In this document: positions 36,630-47,335 of the stretch, one piece after another
Layout: every line of letters begins with the position of its first letter
Numbering within the stretch: position 1 is the first letter of the stretch
Source of the DNA: Elusimicrobiales bacterium
GTDB lineage: Bacteria > Elusimicrobiota > Elusimicrobia > Elusimicrobiales > UBA9959
Assembly (NCBI GenBank): GCA_049972095.1
Contig: JBMFKQ010000008.1
Location: 1 to 50,563, forward strand
Reading direction: 5' to 3'
Length of the DNA stretch: 50,563 bases
Notes under the pieces: model-generated
What the model was told of the DNA's origin: nothing
The model's database searches: none
What the model saw: the letters and a program-made list of their open reading frames with translations, nothing else
Program-made: the position numbers and the translations under genes

Positions 36630-38477
36630 ATGGCAAAGATAATAGGAATTGACCTTGGAACATCAAACTCTGCTGCGGCAGTTATGGAGGGTGGTAAGGT
36701 TACAATAATACCTGCAGCCGAAGGAACATCAATAGGTGGTAAGGCATTTCCATCATATGTGGCTTTCACAAAGGATGGACAGCTTCTTGTCGGTGAGCCA
36801 GCGAGAAGGCAGGCTGTTGCAAATCCTCAAGGAACTGTTACTGCATTTAAAAGAAAGATGGGAACAACACATAAATACAAAATATTTGATAAGGAGTTTA
36901 CTCCTCAGCAACTTTCAGCCTTCATACTTCAAAAGATTAAAAAGGATGCTGAGGCTTTCCTCGGTGATAAGGTTGAGAAGGCTGTAATAACCGTTCCTGC
37001 CTATTTCAATGATAACCAAAGACAGGCAACAAAGGATGCCGGAATCATAGCAGGGCTTGAAGTTATAAGGCTTGTAAACGAACCAACAGCAGCTGCTCTT
37101 GCATATGGTCTTGATAAACTTGGTAAAGACCAGAGGGTTATGGTTTTTGACCTTGGCGGTGGAACACTTGACGTTACGATAATGGAGATAGGTAAGGAAG
37201 GCACATTTGAGGTTCTTTCAACAAGCGGGGACACACAGCTTGGTGGAACGGATATGGATAATGCCCTTGTTGATTGGATATGCGATGAGTTTAAAAAACA
37301 AACTGGGATTGATCTTAAGAATGACTCAACAGCCATGCAGAGAATAAAGGAGGCAGCTGAAAAAGCAAAAATAGAGCTTTCCACTGTTCTTGAAACGGAT
37401 ATAAACCTTCCTTTTATAACTGCTGATTCGTCTGGTCCTAAGCATCTTTCAATGAAGATTTCAAGAGCAAAGCTTGAGGCACTTGTTGAGCCAATTGTTT
37501 CAAGATGTAAAAATTCAATAGATCAAGCGCTTTCAGATGCAAAGCTTAGAACAAGTGATATAGACAGGATAATACTTGTTGGTGGTCCAACAAGAATGCC
37601 AATAGTTCAGAGATTTGTTGAGGATTATGTTGGCAAGAAGGTTGAGAGAGGGATAGATCCTATGGAGTGTGTGGCTCATGGTGCTGCAATTCAGGCAGCA
37701 ATACTCACGGGTGAGGTTAAGGATATACTTCTTCTTGATGTAACACCGCTTTCTCTTGGGATTGAAACACTTGGTGGTGTTATGACAAAACTTATTGAAA
37801 GAAACACAACTATACCTGTGACAAAAACCCAGATATTCTCAACAGCAACTGATAATCAGCCCGCAGTCACAATACATGTCCTTCAGGGAGAAAGACCACT
37901 TGCAAAAGACAATGTATCGCTTGGTAAGTTTGATCTTGATGGTATTCCTCCTGCCCCGAGAGGTGTTCCTCAGATAGAGGTAACATTTGATATAGATGCA
38001 AACGGGATACTTAAGGTTTCGGCAAAGGATCTTGGAACAGGCAAATCACAGCACATAACTATATCGGCACCTAACAAGTTAAACAAAGAGGAGATAGATA
38101 AGTTTATTAAAGAGGCTGAAAAATACGCAGAACAGGATAAAAAGATGAAGGAGCTGATTGAAGCAAAGAATGAGGCTGATGCTGTTATATACTCAACAGA
38201 AAAGGCTCTTAGGGAATATGGAGATAAGGTTTCTCAGGATGAAAGACTTGCAATTGAAAGGGCAGTTAGTGATCTAAAGGAAGCCATAAAGGGTGATGAT
38301 ATTAATAAAATTAGAAAATTCAAGGATGAGGTTATAAGAGTCTCACAGAAGCTTGGTGAGGCGATGTATAAATCTCAATCTCAAGGATCTCAGTCCTCCT
38401 CACAAAGCCAATCATCAACCTCTGGGAAGAAAGAGGATGTTGTTGATGCTGAGGTAGTAGACGAGAATAAAAAGTAA
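36630..38477 (+). CDS. dnaK: chaperone DnaK
   Basis: [55 protein letters not shown]. Confidence 0.98.
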   Translation: MAKIIGIDLGTSNSAAAVMEGGKVTIIPAAEGTSIGGKAFPSYVAFTKDGQLLVGEPARRQAVANPQGTVTAFKRKMGTTHKYKIFDKEFTPQQLSAFILQKIKKDAEAFLGDKVEKAVITVPAYFNDNQRQATKDAGIIAGLEVIRLVNEPTAAALAYGLDKLGKDQRVMVFDLGGGTLDVTIMEIGKEGTFEVLSTSGDTQLGGTDMDNALVDWICDEFKKQTGIDLKNDSTAMQRIKEAAEKAKIELSTVLETDINLPFITADSSGPKHLSMKISRAKLEALVEPIVSRCKNSIDQALSDAKLRTSDIDRIILVGGPTRMPIVQRFVEDYVGKKVERGIDPMECVAHGAAIQAAILTGEVKDILLLDVTPLSLGIETLGGVMTKLIERNTTIPVTKTQIFSTATDNQPAVTIHVLQGERPLAKDNVSLGKFDLDGIPPAPRGVPQIEVTFDIDANGILKVSAKDLGTGKSQHITISAPNKLNKEEIDKFIKEAEKYAEQDKKMKELIEAKNEADAVIYSTEKALREYGDKVSQDERLAIERAVSDLKEAIKGDDINKIRKFKDEVIRVSQKLGEAMYKSQSQGSQSSSQSQSSTSGKKEDVVDAEVVDENKK

Positions 38478-38534
38478 TCTATTGATTGAATATTTGGTTT
38501 TTTAAATGACAAGAAGCCTTAGCTTTATAGATAT

Positions 38535-39647
38535 ATGGCAAAGGACTATTATAGGATACTTGGTGTTTCAAGAAATGCTACACAGGATGAGATAAAATCC
38601 GCTTTTAGAAAGCTTGCACTTAAATACCATCCTGATAGAAATCCCGGCAACAAAGAGGCAGAGTCAAAATTTAAGGAGATAAATGAGGCTTATGATGTTC
38701 TTTCAAATCCTGAAAAAAGAAGGATGTATGACACATATGGCGAGGAGGGATTGAAGGAAGGCTTTGGAGGTTTTTCATCACAAGGCTTTGAAACATTTGG
38801 AGATTTCAGTGATATATTTGATAATGTTTTTGAGAGTTTTTTTGGTGATATAAGGGGGGAAAGAAAGAGAAGAAGGCGTGGTGAGGACCTTAAGTATGAA
38901 ATTGAGATAACACTTGAGGATGCATTTAAAGGAACAAAGCTTGATTTTGAATATGAAAGACTTGATGTGTGTGATGTATGTGGTGGCAAGGGAGCTAAAA
39001 GTAGCTCATCTCTAAGGAAATGCCCAATGTGCGGGGGAAAAGGTAGGGTTCAATATTCTCAGGGTTTCTTTTCTTTTACTCAGACATGTCCTCAGTGTCA
39101 TGGTGAGGGTAAGGTAATAACAGAACCATGCAATGATTGCTCTGGGAGAGGTGTAAAAAACAAAAAAAACAAAATATCAATAAAGATACCTCAGGGGGTT
39201 GAGGATGGAACTCTTTTGAAGATAAGAGGTGCTGGAGATGTGGGAGATGGCGGATACAATGGTGATCTATATCTTGAGGTTAAAATAAAACATCATCACC
39301 ATTTTGAGAGAGAAGGTTCTGATTTAATCTATGTTGCAAATGTGGATGTTTTTGATGCAGTTCTTGGAACTGAAATAGAGATTCCTGTTATAGATGGTGG
39401 AAGGGTTAAAATAAAGATCCCACCAGGAACACAACATGGTAAGATATTAAGAGTCAATGAGAAAGGGATGTATTATCCCAACTCGAAAAAAAGAGGAGAC
39501 CTTTTGGTAAAGGTTTTTGTGAATATACCTCAAAATCTTACGGATGAACAGAGAGAGCTTTTTATAAAACTTAGAGATTCATTCAAAAAAAATGATGCTT
39601 CTTCTAAGAAGGATGAGGGTGGATTTTTTAAGAAGATATTTACATAA
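38535..39647 (+). CDS. dnaJ: chaperone DnaJ
   Basis: J-domain HPD, G/F region, four CxxCxGxG repeats. Confidence 0.97.
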   Translation: MAKDYYRILGVSRNATQDEIKSAFRKLALKYHPDRNPGNKEAESKFKEINEAYDVLSNPEKRRMYDTYGEEGLKEGFGGFSSQGFETFGDFSDIFDNVFESFFGDIRGERKRRRRGEDLKYEIEITLEDAFKGTKLDFEYERLDVCDVCGGKGAKSSSSLRKCPMCGGKGRVQYSQGFFSFTQTCPQCHGEGKVITEPCNDCSGRGVKNKKNKISIKIPQGVEDGTLLKIRGAGDVGDGGYNGDLYLEVKIKHHHHFEREGSDLIYVANVDVFDAVLGTEIEIPVIDGGRVKIKIPPGTQHGKILRVNEKGMYYPNSKKRGDLLVKVFVNIPQNLTDEQRELFIKLRDSFKKNDASSKKDEGGFFKKIFT

Positions 39648-39650
39648 AAG

Positions 39651-40367
39651 ATGCAGTTTATATCTCCCCCATTGAACACTATTCCATGCGAGGTTATGCT
39701 TGATTCTGGTGAGTCATTTCATGCTTTAAAGGTTTTGCGTTTTAGAAAAAATGATAAGATAAAACTCTTTGATGGAAGATTCAAATATAATGGGTTCATA
39801 AAGGATATAATTGATGAAAGGGTTATTGTTTATGTGACTGAAAAAAGAGAGGATAATATCAAGAAACACAGGGTTAATCTATATCTTCCATTTATAGATA
39901 AGAGGGACTTTGAGGAGGTTGTAAGGTGTTGCAGTGAGATGGGAGTTGATAGTTTTTTTCCTCTTATAACCAGATATACACAGCTTGATAAAAACATTCG
40001 CAGTTCAGATATAAATAGGCTTGAGAGAATAATTGTAGCAGCTGTAAAACAATCAGAGTCAGCATCTTTTAGTAGAATTGAAAAATCCGTTAGCTTTCAA
40101 GAGCTTGCTTCAAGCGGTAAAAAGGTAATCTGTGGCTTTATTGGTGGTTTGAAAAGAATGTCAATAAAAAAGGCTATTGAGGTTATGGGTGATGAGATAA
40201 ACATAATGATTGGTCCAGAGGGTGGTTTTTCTGAGGATGAAAAAAGAATAATAGATGAAAGATTTTTCACTGTAAAGCTTTCAAACAACATACTTACCTC
40301 AAAGACAGCAGCTATTTCACTCGTTGCCTCAGTTATGTATCATATTAGTAATGAGGATATTTTTTAA
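39651..40367 (+). CDS. rsmE: 16S rRNA m3U1498 methyltransferase
   Basis: HALKVLR, IGPEGGFS; usual position after dnaJ. Confidence 0.88.
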   Translation: MQFISPPLNTIPCEVMLDSGESFHALKVLRFRKNDKIKLFDGRFKYNGFIKDIIDERVIVYVTEKREDNIKKHRVNLYLPFIDKRDFEEVVRCCSEMGVDSFFPLITRYTQLDKNIRSSDINRLERIIVAAVKQSESASFSRIEKSVSFQELASSGKKVICGFIGGLKRMSIKKAIEVMGDEINIMIGPEGGFSEDEKRIIDERFFTVKLSNNILTSKTAAISLVASVMYHISNEDIF

Positions 40368-41577
40368 ATCATTTGGATGCAGGACAAATCAGGTAGAGCT
40401 TGAGAGTTTAAAACAGCATCTTTTAAAACAAGGATTTGAAATTTCTCAAAAAATTCCTGATTTTGTTGTTATAAATAGCTGCTGTGTTACAGCAAAGGCT
40501 GAGGCTGAGGTTGATAGATTCGTGCGCAGGTGTCTTAGGGAGTATCCTCAATCAAAGATTATCCTCACAGGATGCCTTACAGATATTGGGATAAAGGAGT
40601 TGAACCCCCAGAAAAGGATTATTATCTTTAAAAATTCTGATAAACATAGGATCTACAATTTCATATCAGGTGATACTACGGAGTTAAGTTTTTTCCCAAT
40701 TCTTGGAACTGGCAATAGAACCAGAGCTTTTATGAAAATACAGGATGGATGTGATATGAGATGTTCGTATTGTATTGTGCCTTATATGAGGTATAAGATT
40801 GCAAGCAAAAAATTTGAATATGCTGTTATGGAGTTTGAAAGACTTCTTAGTAACGGCGTAAAGGAGGTTGTGCTTTGTGGAACGAGGCTTGGTTCTTATA
40901 GTGATGGAGATAAAAAACTTGCTGATCTTCTCAATAGGCTTGTGAGTATAAAGGGGGATTTTAGGATAAGACTTTCATCGCTTGAGCCATGGGAGATAGA
41001 TGAAAAACTCTGTGATGTGATGTCTGATAAAAAAATATGCCGCCACCTTCACATACCTCTCCAAAGTGCTTGCGATAGAATACTTAGTCTTATGAAAAGG
41101 CCTTATACAAAAAAGATGTTTACCTCAAAGATAGAGCTTATCAGAAAGAAAATTCCAGATATAGCAATATATTGTGATGTTATAGTTGGTTTTCCAACAG
41201 AAACTGATGAGGAGTTTATGGAAACCTACAATTTTGTGAGAGAGATGTATATAAGCGGGCTTCACTGCTTTCCATATTCAAAAAGGCCTTATACCGAGGC
41301 TTTTTGTCTTGGAGAGCTTGACAGAGATATTGTTAGAAAGAGATCAGTTATGATGAGACAGAATGATGCTTATTTAAGAGAAAGGTTTCTTGAGTCAAAA
41401 AAAGGAAAGCTTCTTGAAGTTCTTGTTATTGGAAAGAAGGGGGAATTTTTTTCGGCTCTTAGCTCTGAGTTTATAGAGACAATTATTGATGACAAACTTA
41501 AAGTAAATATGTTTGAAAGGGTGAGAGCTGTTGAGAGATATGGGAAAAAACTTTTATGCGTGAAAGAAGATTTTTAG
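40351..41577 (+). CDS. mtaB: tRNA methylthiotransferase MtaB
   Basis: FGCRTNQ, NSCCVT, TGC, RAFMKIQDGCDMRCSYC, RIRLSSLEP, HLHIPLQS, IVGFPTE. Confidence 0.88.
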   Translation: MRIFFKSFGCRTNQVELESLKQHLLKQGFEISQKIPDFVVINSCCVTAKAEAEVDRFVRRCLREYPQSKIILTGCLTDIGIKELNPQKRIIIFKNSDKHRIYNFISGDTTELSFFPILGTGNRTRAFMKIQDGCDMRCSYCIVPYMRYKIASKKFEYAVMEFERLLSNGVKEVVLCGTRLGSYSDGDKKLADLLNRLVSIKGDFRIRLSSLEPWEIDEKLCDVMSDKKICRHLHIPLQSACDRILSLMKRPYTKKMFTSKIELIRKKIPDIAIYCDVIVGFPTETDEEFMETYNFVREMYISGLHCFPYSKRPYTEAFCLGELDRDIVRKRSVMMRQNDAYLRERFLESKKGKLLEVLVIGKKGEFFSALSSEFIETIIDDKLKVNMFERVRAVERYGKKLLCVKEDF

Positions 41578-41681
41578 GGTGTTGGGATTGTGGATGTTTT
41601 AAACAGGCAAGATTTAAGTGTATGTAAGATATGATGTAAATCTTGTTTCAGCTGAATGTATGAAGTTGGGATATCAACACC
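41578..41681. other. structured intergenic element after mtaB
   Basis: Outer stem ggtgttg / caacacc; inner stem aggcaagattta / taaatcttgttt (two G-U pairs); palindrome ttcagctgaa (41647-41656). Confidence 0.4.
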
Positions 41682-41777
41682 AAGCAATATTATAAGAGTC
41701 AGCGTCTTAATTAAAAATCTTTATGTTAGTTATTTTAAGCATCAATAAATTTTGTATATTATCTTTAAGGAGTATTT

Positions 41778-43616
41778 ATGAATAAAGGTTCTAAAAAGAT
41801 TGATATACACACTAAAAATCTTACTGTTGTTAGGTTTGCAGGAGACAGTGGTGATGGTATACAGCTACTTGGAAATCAGTTTGCTGATGCAACTGCGATA
41901 TCTGGCAATGATGTTTCAACCCTTCCTGATTATCCCGCGGAGATAAGAGCACCACAGGGCAGTGTGGGGGGAGTAAGTGGTTTTCAAATAGCTTTTGGTG
42001 ATGAGTCTGTTATGAATCCTGGAAGTAAGGCTGATTTTCTTGTTGTTATGAATCCCGCAGCGCTTAAGGTCAATCTGAAGTATCTTGATAAAGGGAGCAT
42101 AGTAATAGTGAATTCAGGAAGTTTTACACCGGAAAATCTCAAAAAAGCTGGATATAGTTCAAATCCACTTGAGGATGGTAGTCTTTCAAACTATAGGGTT
42201 ATAGTTGTTGATGCAAATAGAATGGTTGAGGAAACCCTTAAGGATGATGGACTTTCAAGAGCAGAGGTTTTAAAGACAAAAAATTTTTTTATGCTTGGCA
42301 TTCTTTACTGGATGTTTGATCTTTCAGTAGAAATAACGGCGAAATGGATAAATGAGAAATTTTCTAAAAATCCGAAGATTGCTGATGCAAATAGAAAGGT
42401 TCTTTATGCTGGTTACAATTATGCAGAGACAACAGAGATATTTGATGCTAAATATAAAATTCAAAAGAGCAATCTTAAAAAGGGAAAATACCATAATGTT
42501 ACAGGAAATGAAGCAGTTGCTTATGCACTTATTGCTGCCTCAAAAAAGCTTGGAAGAAAAGTTTTTTATGCCTCTTATCCGATAACACCTGCAAGTGAAA
42601 TCCTTCATACATTTTCAAAGCTTAGATCTGAGGATATAGTTGTTTTTCAGGCAGAGGATGAGATCTCTGCTATATGCTCATGCATAGGCGCATCTTTTGC
42701 AGGAAACCTTGCTGCTACAGGCACAAGTGGGCCTGGGCTTTCACTTAAAACAGAGGCTATTGGTCTTGCTGTTATAAGCGAACTTCCTCTTGTCATAATA
42801 GATGTTCAAAGAGGAGGTCCTTCAACTGGTCTTCCAACAAAGACTGAGCAGTCGGATCTTTTTATATCACTTTTCGCAAGACATGGAGATTGCCCTGTTG
42901 TTGTTATGGCAGCCTATTCTCCTGCAGATTGTTTTGATACAGTCTATGAGGCTTCAAGGATAGCTGTTAAGTATATGACTCCTGTTATTGTTCTTAGTTC
43001 TGCTTATATAGCTCAGGGTTCTGAGCCAATGAGGATACCATGTGATAAAGAGCTTAAAGATTTTGAGTTACCTGAAATTCCACCAAGGGAAAGCTTCAAA
43101 CCATATATGAGGAATAATACTACCCTTGCCAGACCCTGGGTTTACCCTCCAATGAAGGGATATGAGCATAGAATAGGTGGTCTTGAAAAATCAAACCCTG
43201 AAGGGGCTGTGAGCTATGACCCTGATAATCATCAGATAATGACCGATCTCAGACATGAAAAGATAAAAAGGGTTGTTAAAGAAATTCCTCCAACTGATGT
43301 CTATGGAAATGCTGGCAATCTTCTTGTTGTAGGATGGGGTTCGAATTATGGCTCAATAAGATCAGCTATTTCATATCTCAACTCCCAAGGTAAAGATGTG
43401 TCATGTGTTATACTGAAATATTTAAACCCACTTCCGCCAGATCTAAATGAAATAATTAGAAGATTTAAAAGAACTATTGTTATTGAGGAAAATAAAGCTC
43501 AGCTTTTCTTGCTACTTTCAGCATTAACTAAAATGGAAATTATCTCTGAAACAAAAGTAACAGGACAGCCTTTTACAACTGAAGAGGTTGTTAAAATAAT
43601 AGAAAGATATATATAA
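41778..43616 (+). CDS. korA: 2-oxoacid:ferredoxin oxidoreductase alpha subunit (gamma-alpha fusion)
   Basis: FAGDSGDG, PAEIRAP, YPITPAS, QAEDEI, TSGPG, VQRGGPSTGLPTKTEQ. Confidence 0.92.
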   Translation: MNKGSKKIDIHTKNLTVVRFAGDSGDGIQLLGNQFADATAISGNDVSTLPDYPAEIRAPQGSVGGVSGFQIAFGDESVMNPGSKADFLVVMNPAALKVNLKYLDKGSIVIVNSGSFTPENLKKAGYSSNPLEDGSLSNYRVIVVDANRMVEETLKDDGLSRAEVLKTKNFFMLGILYWMFDLSVEITAKWINEKFSKNPKIADANRKVLYAGYNYAETTEIFDAKYKIQKSNLKKGKYHNVTGNEAVAYALIAASKKLGRKVFYASYPITPASEILHTFSKLRSEDIVVFQAEDEISAICSCIGASFAGNLAATGTSGPGLSLKTEAIGLAVISELPLVIIDVQRGGPSTGLPTKTEQSDLFISLFARHGDCPVVVMAAYSPADCFDTVYEASRIAVKYMTPVIVLSSAYIAQGSEPMRIPCDKELKDFELPEIPPRESFKPYMRNNTTLARPWVYPPMKGYEHRIGGLEKSNPEGAVSYDPDNHQIMTDLRHEKIKRVVKEIPPTDVYGNAGNLLVVGWGSNYGSIRSAISYLNSQGKDVSCVILKYLNPLPPDLNEIIRRFKRTIVIEENKAQLFLLLSALTKMEIISETKVTGQPFTTEEVVKIIERYI

Positions 43617-43630
43617 ATCCGGAGGATTTT

Positions 43631-44614
43631 ATGATAAAGCTTACCCCTGATGATTTTTCTTCTGGTGCTGTTATAAAATGGTGTGCCGGATGCGGTAATT
43701 ATGCAATACTTAGCAGTGTTAAGAGGGCAATGGCTGAGATAGGTCTTGAAAAAGAGAGATATGTAGTTGTTTCAGGTATAGGATGCTCAAGCAGGCTTCC
43801 ATATTATGTTGGAACATATGGATATCATACAATTCATGGAAGAGCAATAGCTGTGGCAAGCGGTATTAAGCTATCAAATCCCAATCTTTGTGTTTTTGTT
43901 GTTAGCGGGGATGGTGATGCACTGTCTATAGGTGGCAATCATCTAATGCATGCTATAAGAAGAAATATAGGTCTGAAGCTTCTTATGTTCAACAATAGAA
44001 TATATGCGCTTACGAAGGGACAGGCTTCTCCAACGACTCTTTATGGTTCTAAAACAAAAACAACACCTGAAGGAAACATTGATAGAGCGATTAATCCTGT
44101 AGCTCTTGCGATAAGCCTTGGAGCAAGTTTTGTGGCAAGATGTATAGACACTGAAATAGATATTAACGCATCAGTGATAAAATCCGCAGCTGTTAATGCG
44201 GGTTTTGCTTTTATTGAGTTTCTTCAGAAATGCGTTGTTTTTACAGATAAAGAGTTTGATGTCTATAAATCTCCTCAAACAAGGGATGATGCTATACTAA
44301 GAGTTGAGGATGGGAAGCCAATGATATTTGGGAAAAACAGAAATAAGGCTGTTGTTGTAAGGGGTTTCAATCCGCAGGTAATTGAATTTGATCCATCAAA
44401 ACCACCATTAGATCTTACTGTATATGACTCATCAAACTATATCTTGGCTTTTATAGTGTCATCCCTTCTACCACCTCAGTTTCCACTGCCTGTAGGTGTA
44501 TTTTACAAAGAATCATCTATATCTTATGAGGAGAAATACTACTCATCTGTTAAGGGCAAGAGATATGATAACCTTGAAAGTGTAATAGGGGGTGGGATAT
44601 ACGAGATAAAGTAA
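43631..44614 (+). CDS. korB: 2-oxoacid:ferredoxin oxidoreductase beta subunit
   Basis: WCAGCG, SGIGCSSR, HTIHGRA, GDGD, NNRIYALTKGQASPT. Confidence 0.92.
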   Translation: MIKLTPDDFSSGAVIKWCAGCGNYAILSSVKRAMAEIGLEKERYVVVSGIGCSSRLPYYVGTYGYHTIHGRAIAVASGIKLSNPNLCVFVVSGDGDALSIGGNHLMHAIRRNIGLKLLMFNNRIYALTKGQASPTTLYGSKTKTTPEGNIDRAINPVALAISLGASFVARCIDTEIDINASVIKSAAVNAGFAFIEFLQKCVVFTDKEFDVYKSPQTRDDAILRVEDGKPMIFGKNRNKAVVVRGFNPQVIEFDPSKPPLDLTVYDSSNYILAFIVSSLLPPQFPLPVGVFYKESSISYEEKYYSSVKGKRYDNLESVIGGGIYEIK

Positions 44615-44622
44615 AAAATTTG

Positions 44623-44650
44623 TTGAAATTTAATAAATATTTAATATAAT
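44623..44650 (+). promoter_or_regulatory. sigma70-type promoter of pilMNOPQ
   Basis: TTGAAA, 16 nt, TATAAT. Confidence 0.5.
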
Positions 44651-44659
44651 GGTGGTATA

Positions 44660-45823
44660 ATGTTTAATGTGAAAAATTTTTTTGAGTTTTTATATCCAAG
44701 GGATGAAGTAGTTGGTATTGATATAGGAAGTTATTCACTAAAATTTGTTTTATTCTCTAAGAAAAAAAATGGTGAGGTTGTTCTCAAGAATTGGGGGTAT
44801 CAACCGCTAATCTTACCACAAGACCTAAACCCTGATGAAAAAAGGATTGCAATAGCATCTGAGATCTCATCATTTATCAAGAAAAATCAAATAAAAACGA
44901 AATATGCTGCTACCTCTGTTTCAGGTAACTCTGTTATAGTAAGGTATATAAAAATACCACAGATAGAACCAAAGCTTTTTTCTGAAGGTATTTATACTCA
45001 AGCGGAGGCTTTTATACCATTTGATATTAATGATGTTTATCTTTCTTATTATGTTATAAATCCTTCAATCTTCGATGAAAATCAAAATAAGATGGAGGTT
45101 GTTTTGGTGGCTGCCAAAAAGGAGATAATAGATGAAAGGCTAAATATAATAAAAGAAGCTGGTCTTATGCCTGTTCTTATAGATGTTGACAGCTTTGCAA
45201 TTGAAAACATAATAAACAGAATAGAACCAGAGCCTGAGATTGAGGGTTCTGCTGTGATGGTTATTAACATTGGCCATAATGTTACAAATCTCTCAATACT
45301 TAGCGATAACATATCTCTTGTAAATCAATCATATTATGGAAAAAAGGAGTATTATTCCAGACTTGTAAGGGATATATTTGTTGGGGGTAGTTCTATTGAT
45401 AAAAACATTGCTAAAAGGTTTTCATTTAAGGATGATGAATCACAAGAGTTTAAAAAAGCTCTTAAAATACTTGTAAGTGATGAGGATAAACTTTCGGCAA
45501 TAGAGGATTATAACAGAAATCTTATACTTGGTTCAAAGATTATATCATCTGTTTTTAAAGAGATCGTTTCTGATATAACAAGATCCATAGATTTTCTTAC
45601 ATCATCTGTGCTTGATATAAATATAACGAAGGCTTATATATGTGGAGGGTCATCATCATTTGATGGTGCTGATGAGATGATAAGTAGCCAGCTTAAGATT
45701 CCTGTCAAAAGAATAGACCCTTTTTCATTTGTATCAAACCCTCCTAAAAATCTACCAAACTATATTAAAAATTCGCTTTGTGTTGCAGCGGGGCTTTCTC
45801 TAAGGAGTATTAAGACGCTATGA
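44660..45823 (+). CDS. pilM: type IV pilus assembly protein PilM
   Basis: VGIDIGSYSLK, VIVRYI, IPFD, VVLVAAKK, DVDSFA, CGGSS, AAGLSLR. Confidence 0.93.
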   Translation: MFNVKNFFEFLYPRDEVVGIDIGSYSLKFVLFSKKKNGEVVLKNWGYQPLILPQDLNPDEKRIAIASEISSFIKKNQIKTKYAATSVSGNSVIVRYIKIPQIEPKLFSEGIYTQAEAFIPFDINDVYLSYYVINPSIFDENQNKMEVVLVAAKKEIIDERLNIIKEAGLMPVLIDVDSFAIENIINRIEPEPEIEGSAVMVINIGHNVTNLSILSDNISLVNQSYYGKKEYYSRLVRDIFVGGSSIDKNIAKRFSFKDDESQEFKKALKILVSDEDKLSAIEDYNRNLILGSKIISSVFKEIVSDITRSIDFLTSSVLDINITKAYICGGSSSFDGADEMISSQLKIPVKRIDPFSFVSNPPKNLPNYIKNSLCVAAGLSLRSIKTL

Positions 45824-46365
45824 TAACCATTAATTTTGCACCGAGGAAATATGTCTCTAAAATCTTCTCAAATATAATTCTTGTAAAGTTTGTCTTTGTT
45901 TTTATTATTTTCATAATAGTTGTCTTCGGAGTATCACTCCTTCATTACATAAAATACAAAACTCTTTCTACTGAAAATCAGATGCTTGAAGCTGAATACA
46001 AAAGACTTAATTTACAGCTTGATCTTTCAAAAAAGATAGAAAAAGAAATATCTGATGTTCAAAACTATATAAATCAGATTGAAACAATCAGCAAAAACAG
46101 ATATCTCTATGTTGCCTTTATGCAAGATCTTGTAAACAATCTTCCTTCAACCCTTTGGTTTTCAGGTATAGATACAAGAACTCAATCAGATTTTATTGAT
46201 GTAAAGATAAATGTTAATGCAAACAATCTTGAGGATCTTCTATGGTGGTATTCTTTTATAGATAATAACAAAAACAGATACTCTAATGCAAAAATAGCAG
46301 CGATAAATTATGCTGGTGATTATTACACTACTCAGATAACCTTTAACTACAGATATAAGATATGA
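45820..46365 (+). CDS. pilN: PilN
   Basis: ITINFAP (INLLP-like), TM helix, coiled coil, LPSTLWF; position in operon. Confidence 0.82.
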   Translation: MITINFAPRKYVSKIFSNIILVKFVFVFIIFIIVVFGVSLLHYIKYKTLSTENQMLEAEYKRLNLQLDLSKKIEKEISDVQNYINQIETISKNRYLYVAFMQDLVNNLPSTLWFSGIDTRTQSDFIDVKINVNANNLEDLLWWYSFIDNNKNRYSNAKIAAINYAGDYYTTQITFNYRYKI

Positions 46366-46907
46366 AAGATTTGAAGATTAACAAAGATACTCTTGTAAAA
46401 ATAGTTCTTGGAGCGCTTCTTATCGGTTGTATTTCTTATGTTTATATTTCCTATTTCTGGATTCCTTTGTCAAAAAAAATAGCCCTTTTTGAAGAAAAGA
46501 ACTCTGAGATGAAAACAGATATAATGAAGGCAAAGGCTATAATAGAAAAATATCCTGATCTTCAAAAAAAACTTGAGGAACTAAAAGCTCAAAAAGAGGA
46601 GATGAAAAAGAAAATCCCCGGTGAGAGAAATATGTCTGAGCTCTTTAGGATTGTCAAAAGGATTGCTGATAAAAACTCTATTGTTATAAACTCAATAAAT
46701 CCACTTAGCACTGTTAATGAAACCTATTATTTCAGGACAACATACAATATGACGGTTAAGGGAAGCTATCATAACATAGGAAACTTTTTGGGGGAGATTG
46801 CATCTGAACAGAGAATTATTAACATTGAGAACCTTACTATAGGTGGTGGGGAGGAATCAAACGCAACCTTTAATCTTATCTCTTACCAGTATATGGAGGG
46901 AAGGTGA
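46362..46907 (+). CDS. pilO: PilO
   Basis: TM helix, coiled coil, IPGE..MSEL, GSYHNIGNF, RIINI. Confidence 0.88.
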   Translation: MKDLKINKDTLVKIVLGALLIGCISYVYISYFWIPLSKKIALFEEKNSEMKTDIMKAKAIIEKYPDLQKKLEELKAQKEEMKKKIPGERNMSELFRIVKRIADKNSIVINSINPLSTVNETYYFRTTYNMTVKGSYHNIGNFLGEIASEQRIINIENLTIGGGEESNATFNLISYQYMEGR

Positions 46908-47335
46908 TAACTATACTAACCATTTTTGCTATTAGTATGAAAGCTCAGATTGTAAGTGATGTTGTTATATCAACCCAGAGTGTTAAGCTCTATATCCCTG
47001 TTAATCAGCGAAATCCCATGGTAAGATCATCAATCAAATCTCCAATTACACTTAAATATTCATACTCAAAATCAACATCTCCAGCTATATCTGAGTTTAG
47101 TGTTGATAACCTTGTTCTTGAAGGAATAATGTCAAATCCAAATTTTAAAGAGGCACTTTTAAGGGATAAGATAACTGGTGAGATGTATATTGTAAGATAC
47201 GGTAGGATATACACACTCAACAGGAGGCTTATAGAAGGATATTCTGTTGAGATAGTTGGTAAGGGTGTGATTGTATATGATAAGAAGAAAGGAAGGAGGA
47301 AGGAATTAATAATTGCTGAAGGAGGTCAGATATGA
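46904..47335 (+). CDS. pilP: PilP-like protein
   Basis: RNPM (RDPF-like), LVLEGIM, ALL...YIV; located between pilO and pilQ. Confidence 0.65.
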   Translation: MITILTIFAISMKAQIVSDVVISTQSVKLYIPVNQRNPMVRSSIKSPITLKYSYSKSTSPAISEFSVDNLVLEGIMSNPNFKEALLRDKITGEMYIVRYGRIYTLNRRLIEGYSVEIVGKGVIVYDKKKGRRKELIIAEGGQI

